Positions 58,301-64,000 of a stretch of DNA of 64,000 nt are shown piece after piece (position 1 is the first letter of the stretch; each line of letters begins with the position of its first letter). The notes beneath the pieces are model-generated. The model did not search any database. It worked only from the letters and a program-made list of their open reading frames with translations, and had not been told where the DNA came from. The position numbers and the translations under genes were made by a program. The DNA is from an uncultured Bacillota bacterium (GTDB lineage Bacteria > Bacillota > Clostridia > Christensenellales > UBA1242): contig CAMMTJ010000002.1 of NCBI GenBank assembly GCA_946499835.1, forward strand, positions 79,368 to 143,367, in the 5' to 3' direction.

Positions 58301-59637
58301 CGCTTGGATCAATTGGTGGAATTGCTGGTATGGGACTATCTTATGCTCTCATAGAAGGCAATACGAATTATGGCGATGTCATTGCAACAGGAGCATACTA
58401 TGTTGGAGGTATTGTTGGAAGTCTTTCTAATGATAGCAGTGCAAGTTCTTTCAATTACACTATCAACAAGAACGCAAACTATGGCACTGTTCAGGGGAAG
58501 AATGATGTAGGTGGAATTGTTGGATCATCAAGGGCAAATGCAACAATATCAAACAATCATAACCTTGGAAATGTTTCAACATCGAATAGTGCAGATTCAG
58601 CAGCGGGTATTTCAGGATACTTTAACTCTGGCACAATGACAGGCAATACAACACGTGGCAATGTGACAGGGACAAGATATGTAGGTGGACTTGTTGGATA
58701 TTTGCAGAGTGGCACATTCAATTCAAACCAAGTTGAAGGGGTGATTTCTGGGACAAACAATGTAGGAGGAATTACTGGTTATGTGGCAGCGGCTTCATCA
58801 TTTGAAAATATTGGCGTAAATGCAAGAGTAGAAATGTCAAACTTGCCAAATTCAAATGGACTCATTGGACAAGGAAGCAACCTTGAGATAACAAATTGTT
58901 ACTTTATCGGAGAGTTTGTTGATCACAGCGGAAATGCACAAACGATGTCAGGCTTTGTTAGTGCAGGCTCAACAAATATGGTAACCGATTCATATTTCAT
59001 TGCAAACGGCAGAAAAGTGATGCAAAACACAAACAACTTTGAAGACTGGACAATAATACCAAATCTCAATGATGGCAATCCAATACAAAAAGAACTTTAT
59101 CACCTTGCAGGCATCGGTGGTGATGATGAATTGCTTGATGCATGGGTGAAGACAAACAATATTTTGACCGATTCAAGTTTTGAGTATGGCGATTGGTCTG
59201 CACAGATGGGCACAAGTGGATTGAGCACTGAACATGCAAGAAGCGGACAACACTCTTGGAAGATTATAGGAGAATCATCAAGGGGGGAGACATTTAACCG
59301 CACAGTCACGACTTATGAAATCGACTCAACACATATATATTTTGTAAGAATGTATGCATATCAAGAAGTTCATGTGGGAGAGATACAAGCCTATTGGAAA
59401 GATAGTGATCCAGCGGTAGGGAATGCAACACTTGGAACGGCAGGGCAATGGAATATGTATGGATGGAGATTTGATAGAGTTGGATTTAGTGGATCACATC
59501 CATTTCGAATTGATTTTGACAACCACAATCAAGTAGGAGAACTTTGGGTTGATGATGTATTGCTTATTGACCTCACAGAAATGTATGGTGCAGGCAACGA
59601 GCCATCACAAGAAGAATGCATGAGATTGTTTGCATAA
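55321..59637 (+). CDS. Large surface lipoprotein with Listeria-Bacteroides-type repeats, a GLUG-like beta-helix region and a C-terminal CBM-like domain (1438 aa)
   Basis: TTG start behind AAGGGGA and a signal peptide with lipobox LFSCG. FNPNGGSG...YTFLGWS...DLYAVW and YGYNFAGWA repeats around aa 375-520. Dozens of G-G-[IV]-[VA]-G turns (VGGIVG, VGGLVG, IGGIAG) at about 57800-58800. The C-terminal DSSFEYGDWS...HSWKI region has a galactose-binding/CBM-like pattern. Confidence 0.85.
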   Translation: MKQKRKILLCALSFIAVALFSCGIAFLPLDAFSPSNENQEETTEARDFSVTVSMGTMTLSSDFLGYGGNTNADYTYTTETGYRITVQGPRLKLHIHAGRTINKPARNITLTSYQSSYSDNFSESGILNNSKYQICWEIAGNSSYYNYAFDEPSISIDPQGSVTSDHYSCSLPLDHWVTYNTGDNGDSSCSVSWFAPAQSVITRFVIIRDGQQVDTLTRTDYYRELTDHPSYPTYTGYTLQGVYNGTTTSSSKVYNTTERVVSDGGTYYVIYTRNSYYVDVNNYFNGSNDGAVNLGFSFNVRINNVATGGDIQDYYTQQPYQTKFEVYDIRINAGYHLDHYTISVSGIEQSGSSASNIIITTPAQAVTISLYFVPNTYSVRFNPNGGSGSAVTQTGFNYGQSTALRANTFTREYYTFLGWSTSPTATSATFTDGQSVSTLTTTNGGIVDLYAVWVQTSFALTIDPNGGTWNGSTNSQSFIQEDGTSQDIAVPTRYGYNFAGWAISGGDGSLSTFGNIYSRSTDPFFISSNNNVDVYNNAKDGSVTHTLISSTSAGLDDWISGGRVLRVRYTGSCVWGNGLVQSISTSANKVFYTMIYAKVPVGYTLEPAYNASGDGATRTWMTSNQGTGNWQTYVMRWNCGSSGTFSDVGYWYLSGPSASSSNPVDLDIAYLCSFDATGLSVSGVATNSTTYTYGSSNVTLLALWEDTWINHTTPFSGSGTEEDPYIIASAENLAYLSEQVYDGFSKFYNKYFKQTANIDLMQYNWQPIGVEINRSNSNVYCYFGGSYDGNGYTISNLHTPYGTTGAYCYQGLFGLTYTYTDSSSTIKNITMKNVDIRGNAYVGGIVGLWISSTGTIQLDNCSVDGNVYGDVGVGGVVGEASSREIGNIIMSDCLSNASVSASGNSVGGLVGSAKVLSTGSIRIENSVNNGSVISTTSSYVGGVVGSVSSGTTVDACINNGSVSGREFVGGIAGSVAWSGATVRNSTNNGAVTGTLGSIGGIAGMGLSYALIEGNTNYGDVIATGAYYVGGIVGSLSNDSSASSFNYTINKNANYGTVQGKNDVGGIVGSSRANATISNNHNLGNVSTSNSADSAAGISGYFNSGTMTGNTTRGNVTGTRYVGGLVGYLQSGTFNSNQVEGVISGTNNVGGITGYVAAASSFENIGVNARVEMSNLPNSNGLIGQGSNLEITNCYFIGEFVDHSGNAQTMSGFVSAGSTNMVTDSYFIANGRKVMQNTNNFEDWTIIPNLNDGNPIQKELYHLAGIGGDDELLDAWVKTNNILTDSSFEYGDWSAQMGTSGLSTEHARSGQHSWKIIGESSRGETFNRTVTTYEIDSTHIYFVRMYAYQEVHVGEIQAYWKDSDPAVGNATLGTAGQWNMYGWRFDRVGFSGSHPFRIDFDNHNQVGELWVDDVLLIDLTEMYGAGNEPSQEECMRLFA

Positions 59638-59641
59638 AAAA

Positions 59642-59665
59642 AACTAGGAGTCTTCCTAGTTTTTT
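59642..59665 (+). terminator. Intrinsic terminator after the 1438-aa gene
   Basis: AACTAGGA-gtct-TCCTAGTT followed by a T run. Confidence 0.8.
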
Positions 59666-59866
59666 GTTTTAGAAAACCACTGGACAGTGTTTTTATTTCG
59701 CTGACAAGCGAAACTATTGCAGAGGCGCAATTAAAAAAGACTTCTTTGCATTTGCTTCATTGCAAACTCACAATAAATGCGTAAGCATTTTTGTGAATAG
59801 AGAAAACTGAGCGCCACCGCCGTAACGGCTCGAAAAGAGCCTAGGCAGAAGCGCAGTTTTTTCTCT

Positions 59867-59887
59867 TGGTAGCCTCAAGGGGAATCG
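59867..59887 (-). repeat. Orphan 21-nt copy of the tRNA-Glu 3' end (att-like direct repeat)
   Basis: TGGTAGCCTCAAGGGGAATCG is identical to 60059-60079 of the intact tRNA-Glu(CTC) gene. It is preceded by the same TTCTCT flank seen at the other tRNA 3' ends. Confidence 0.9.
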
Positions 59888-60058
59888 TCGTCACAAACAT
59901 CGCTCATGCAAAGTTTTGACAAACTTGTGCCCATTCGCTTGTTTGCTCCTCTTCCCAAAAATCTTATGATTTTCGGGAGCCCTATTTTGAGGGGTTCGAT
60001 TCTTCTCGGTTGAATATGTAATAAAAAAACGGAGCATGCTGACTCCGCAAAATTGCTT
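59888..60058. repeat. tRNA-Glu-linked conserved element, copy 2
   Basis: See copy 1. Bracketed by the 21-nt tRNA 3'-end repeat on the left and the intact tRNA on the right. Confidence 0.85.
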
Positions 60059-60133
60059 TGGTAGCCTCAAGGGGAATCGAACCCCTGATTCAGCCGTGAG
60101 AGGGCTGCGTCTTAACCGCTTGACCATGAGGCC
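60059..60133 (-). tRNA. tRNA-Glu (anticodon CTC)
   Basis: GGCCTCATGGTCAAGCGGTTAAGACGCAGCCCTCTCACGGCTG...GGGGTTCGATTCCCCTTGAGGCTACCA. CCA is encoded. Confidence 0.88.
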
Positions 60134-60226
60134 TAATTTTTAGGCAAGATTATATTAGCATATTTCTTTTACCAAAATCAAGGGTTTTTGATCAAATTTC
60201 AAAAAAAAGACGACATCTTTGTCGCC

Positions 60227-61528
60227 TTATTTTATCTGTTTAATAAAATTCTTTAAGTCAAATTGAGGTTTTTGATCGCTTATGATGACAACTATTGGTT
60301 TTTCATCAGAAAAATGATCAACTATCTTTTTGACATCTTCATATTTTGCATTTTTTGTTGCATTCCAAACATTTTGCAAATATTTTTGATTGTAAGTCAT
60401 ACCAAAAAGTTCATCTGTTTCAGGTAGGGTTCGTTTTAGATTTCGCATTGGGACCACATCATTATTAAGCATCAACAAACGTCTGTTTTTATACAATTCA
60501 AATTCTTCTTTTGAAAATTCAGACTTGATTCTATGTATGCAATCTGGTAAAGTGGAGATAACTTTTTCAAGATTCTTTTCAAGACATTCAATATTTAAGG
60601 TGTAACATGAAAGACCTTGAAGATTAAACATAAATCCCATTCCACTAAAATAAGATAGTCCGTATTCTTCTCTTATGATACTTAGCACTTTGCTTGACAT
60701 ATAGGAATGTGCAATCAAATTTTCATGTAAAAATTTGAGGGAAGGTTTTTGATTTGAAGAAGATTTTGGAAAATATATGTCCATAATAGCATTCTCTTTT
60801 TCAACGCTTTTTTCATAAATAACTTGTGACTTTGAAAACTTTGAAATGATATTTTCACTAAATCCAACTTTCTCCCCATCGTTGAGGTGAGGGTAAAGGT
60901 ATTTGTAAACAAGTTTTTTAGCCTCTCGTGCTGTGATATTGCCAGTGATTGCAACGCAATTTAGATTTTGTTTTGTAATGTAAGTTTTTATGAAGTTTTC
61001 AACATCTTTTGGAGTTATTGTCAAAACATCCTCATAAATTCCGTCTGGTAATCCAAAAGAATTTTTGAGTTGTTTGCAGTCATACACTTTTTTGTCACGA
61101 ATGATAAATGATTGCAATTTGTTTGTTTTTACTCGTCTTTTTATTTCGGTGCCAACAATATTTTTTTCTTGTTCAACTTCTTCTTTTGTCACGATAAGTT
61201 GGTCAAAGTTATGGCAAATATATTCAAAATATTCTTCAAAATTGTCACGAGTTGCTTGCAAGTTGAAGTTCATATTAAAACAAGATGTGTAAGCGTTTGA
61301 ATTAAAGTGTGAACTTTTATATTTGCGTTTTTCCAGCCTTGTTGCAAACCTTTTTGTTGGAAATGAAAAAATTGCATGTTCACAAAAATGGGCAAGCCCT
61401 TGCTTTCCTTTTGGGTCGTTGATTGAGCCTGCATTGAAGTTGATGTCAACAAAAATTCCTTTAACCTGTTTGTTTGTGCAGACATAAAGTTTTGCATTGT
61501 GTTGTAGTGGTATAATCGAACTTTTCAT
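60227..61528 (-). CDS. M16-family (insulinase-like) zinc peptidase
   Basis: Inverted zinc motif HFCEH near the N-terminus and a two-lobed length (433 aa). A terminator hairpin plus T8 lies directly downstream. Confidence 0.75.
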   Translation of the reverse strand: MKSSIIPLQHNAKLYVCTNKQVKGIFVDINFNAGSINDPKGKQGLAHFCEHAIFSFPTKRFATRLEKRKYKSSHFNSNAYTSCFNMNFNLQATRDNFEEYFEYICHNFDQLIVTKEEVEQEKNIVGTEIKRRVKTNKLQSFIIRDKKVYDCKQLKNSFGLPDGIYEDVLTITPKDVENFIKTYITKQNLNCVAITGNITAREAKKLVYKYLYPHLNDGEKVGFSENIISKFSKSQVIYEKSVEKENAIMDIYFPKSSSNQKPSLKFLHENLIAHSYMSSKVLSIIREEYGLSYFSGMGFMFNLQGLSCYTLNIECLEKNLEKVISTLPDCIHRIKSEFSKEEFELYKNRRLLMLNNDVVPMRNLKRTLPETDELFGMTYNQKYLQNVWNATKNAKYEDVKKIVDHFSDEKPIVVIISDQKPQFDLKNFIKQIK

Positions 61529-61628
61529 AATTTGCTCCCATCAATATTTTATCATAATTTTATCAACTGCCAAAACATATTTTGTTATTTGCAAAAAAAA
61601 TGATATACTATAAACCAAGGGAGAAGTT

Positions 61629-62459
61629 ATGTTTAGACGAGACAAAGTGAAAATTGGTATCGCTTTTGGTGGCGGTGGTGCAAGAGGTTTTTCTCATCTG
61701 GGTGCAATCAAAGCGTTTGAAGAGTTTGGCATAAAGTTTGACTATGTTGCAGGGACAAGCGCTGGCAGTTTGGTAGGGGCGTTTTATGCAGCGGGTTATT
61801 CTTTCCAAGAGATGTATGACGTTGTCAAAACAATGAGGGTGAAGGATATTCGAAAAAATGTGCTTCCATTCACTCCATCAAAACTCGATGGACTGATCAA
61901 TATCGTCAAAGGTAGGCTTGGGGATATAAACGTCCAAGATTTGCCAAAACCCTTTTCTGCGGTTGCAGTTGATCTCAAATCGACAAAGGAGGTCTGCATA
62001 AGCAAAGGCAATCTTGCGAAAGCACTTGCTGGGAGTTGTGCCGTTCCTGGTGTTTTTCAGCCAGTTGAGTTTGAAAATATGCTTCTTGCTGATGGCGGTT
62101 TGCAAAACACAATTCCTGCTGATATTCCAAGATATTTTGGTTGTGATTATGTTGTCAGCGTTGATGTCAACAAATCACGCAGTTATGGCACTGACAGCAA
62201 CAAGTTTATCGATGTGATTATGTGCTCAATCAGAATACTTATGAAAAGCAATGCTGTGCGAGGCTATGTCAATTCAGATGTGGTTATTGCACCAGAGACA
62301 AAAAGGTTTAAGGCGACAAAAACTGACGGGCTTGATGAAATGATAGAAGAGGGCTACAAGGCGACAATTGATGCTATGCCTGCCATCATGGAACTTTTTA
62401 GAAGAAAGCGAAAAAATAGATGCAAAACGGTGCCAAAAGATATAATTTTCTTAAAATAA
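61629..62459 (+). CDS. Patatin-like phospholipase
   Basis: GGGARG oxyanion motif, GTSAGS nucleophile elbow, and the DGG catalytic Asp motif. Confidence 0.85.
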   Translation: MFRRDKVKIGIAFGGGGARGFSHLGAIKAFEEFGIKFDYVAGTSAGSLVGAFYAAGYSFQEMYDVVKTMRVKDIRKNVLPFTPSKLDGLINIVKGRLGDINVQDLPKPFSAVAVDLKSTKEVCISKGNLAKALAGSCAVPGVFQPVEFENMLLADGGLQNTIPADIPRYFGCDYVVSVDVNKSRSYGTDSNKFIDVIMCSIRILMKSNAVRGYVNSDVVIAPETKRFKATKTDGLDEMIEEGYKATIDAMPAIMELFRRKRKNRCKTVPKDIIFLK

Positions 62460-62514
62460 TGCAAAATTCAGCAAAAAATTTGTCTTTTTTGACAAAAAAT
62501 TATATATTGTTTGT

Positions 62515-63600
62515 ATGGCAAAAAGAAAAAGAAAAATTCAAAAATCAACCTCATCCAAATCTTTTTGGGTGAGGTTTTGTTTGTCTATTATTATCATAGT
62601 GGCAACGGCTTGTGTATTTTATTTTGGTGGAGGACTTGACCTTTTCAAAGAGTATGCGCCTTCAGAGGAGATGGGCAGATTTGATTTTGAAGTCCATTTT
62701 ATCGATGTGGGGCAAGGTGATGCAACTCTTATTCGTTTGCCAGATGACAAAACTGTTTTGATTGACACAGGTGAGAGCGAAGCAGGTGAAAGCCTTGTGT
62801 CTTATGTAAGTGATGTTTTTGATTATCACAAACTTTCTGTCATTGATTATCTCATTTTGACACATCAAGATGACGATCATATAGGAAGTGGCGTTGAGAT
62901 TTTGAATCGTTTTCAAGTGAACTGCGTTTACCGTCCTATGCAAAGAGCAAACTATGAGGTTGAAAATTTTGGGGAAGAATATTTGTCAAACTATCCTATT
63001 TCAACCACAAAGGCATATTCGGCAGTTATTGAAGCGGTTTACAATGAGCCCAACTGTGATATTAAATTTTCTAGGGAAGGGGAAAGCATCGTTGGAGAGA
63101 ATTATTCATTCAACTTTTTGACACCTTTCAGTGTTTCCTCTTCCACTGACAACAACAATTTCAGTCCAATTATCATGCTTGAATATAACGGCGCAAAAAT
63201 TTTGTTTACTGGTGATGCTGAAAGCGAAGTTGAAAGGGAGGCAGTTGAGCGTTATGGAAATGACTTAAAAGCAGATGTGTTAAAAGTTGGTCACCACGGC
63301 TCAAATACCTCCTCTTGTCAAACTTTTCTTGACGCAGTTATGCCAAGTTATTCAATCATCTCAGTTGGACAAGACAATCAATACAATCTCCCAAGCAATG
63401 CTGTGGTTGAAAGGCTGAAAAGTTCAGGTTCACAGGTGTTGTCCACTGCCGAAAATGGCACCATAGTGTTGACAGCCCAAGATGGTGAAATAATTTTCAT
63501 CTCTCATCACGTGCCAAACACAAATATTATCATCATTGTGTGTGCTGGGTTGGTGCTTTTGATGCTTGTTTGGGGAATAAGAGTGAAAAAGAAAAGTTGA
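62515..63600 (+). CDS. Membrane-anchored metallo-beta-lactamase fold protein (ComEC/Rec2 C-terminal-domain-like)
   Basis: N- and C-terminal TM helices flank an MBL core (HQDDDHIGS, GDAESEVE, KVGHHGSNTS). The competence channel domain is absent. Confidence 0.75.
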   Translation: MAKRKRKIQKSTSSKSFWVRFCLSIIIIVATACVFYFGGGLDLFKEYAPSEEMGRFDFEVHFIDVGQGDATLIRLPDDKTVLIDTGESEAGESLVSYVSDVFDYHKLSVIDYLILTHQDDDHIGSGVEILNRFQVNCVYRPMQRANYEVENFGEEYLSNYPISTTKAYSAVIEAVYNEPNCDIKFSREGESIVGENYSFNFLTPFSVSSSTDNNNFSPIIMLEYNGAKILFTGDAESEVEREAVERYGNDLKADVLKVGHHGSNTSSCQTFLDAVMPSYSIISVGQDNQYNLPSNAVVERLKSSGSQVLSTAENGTIVLTAQDGEIIFISHHVPNTNIIIIVCAGLVLLMLVWGIRVKKKS

Positions 63601-63678
63601 AAATTCAATTTCTGACAAGGCAATCAAATTTTAGGTAAATAATTTGGACAATTTATTTTTTTGTGATATATTATATTC

Positions 63679-64000
63679 ATGAAAAGGGAAACATCGCCAC
63701 TTAATATTGTTTTGCTTTGCCTTGACCACACTTTTTGCAAGAGTGTGGCAGGTGAGTTGTCATCAAGGCTTGGTATGTTTTTTTCTGATTGTAAAGACCT
63801 TATTGAATACGACCTTGTGGACAGTCAAGCCGTCCTTGCAAATTGTGGAATAGTTTATTTGAAGGAAAGGGAAAGGAGTGCAATAAAAAATATGCTGAAC
63901 TTTTCTAGTTCAGTGCTAAGTTGTGATTTTGACATTTTCAAGCATAACAGAAGATGCTTTACAAAAAAATCACTCCTAGTTTTTTTGAGACTGCCACAAA
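63679..64000 (+). CDS. Partial ORF, shikimate-kinase-like fold with a degenerate P-loop (runs off the window)
   Basis: Open frame from the ATG at 63679 to the window end. NIVLLCLDHTFCKSVAGELSSRLGMFFSDCKDLIE is collinear with the AroK pattern NIVLIGFMGxGKTTxGxxLAxxLGxxFxDxDxxIE, but the Gly/Lys P-loop residues are replaced. Confidence 0.45.
   Translation, partial: MKRETSPLNIVLLCLDHTFCKSVAGELSSRLGMFFSDCKDLIEYDLVDSQAVLANCGIVYLKERERSAIKNMLNFSSSVLSCDFDIFKHNRRCFTKKSLLVFLRLPQ

Overview
AT-rich chromosomal window with Bacillota (Firmicutes)-type gene content. All calls come from reading the sequence and the ORF track by eye; no database search, HMM or folding program was run.

Housekeeping blocks:
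- helD-gyrA-gyrB next to a DnaA-box cluster at the left edge.
- A tightly packed minus-strand operon, ychF-mrnC-rlmB-sigH-metG.
- secA, then rpmG-secE-nusG and rplK-rplA.
- queH-lepB, hup, rubrerythrin, comF-recD2, marR-cysS.
- Four tRNA genes: initiator Met, Ser-CGA, Glu-UUC and Glu-CUC.

Three giant ORFs with no recognisable enzymatic domains interrupt these blocks. They are 1446, 2931 and 1438 aa and together cover about 27% of the window.

Most unusual signals:
1. A 115-bp tandem repeat next to the initiator tRNA. Each copy starts with a copy of the tRNA 3' end.
2. A roughly 165-bp element downstream of both tRNA-Glu genes that is better conserved than the tRNAs themselves. One copy is bracketed by a 21-nt duplication of the tRNA 3' end.
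3. An integrase-less accessory island at tRNA-Ser. It holds back-to-back XRE genes 18 bp apart (apparently both leaderless), a BclA-like collagen-repeat protein with a perfect 105-bp tandem duplication, three paralogous two-TM pilin-like proteins, and an unlisted 56-aa cysteine-tailed peptide gene.
4. A three-gene insertion that splits nusG from rplK.

No CRISPR array, transposase, integrase or recognisable defence enzyme was seen.
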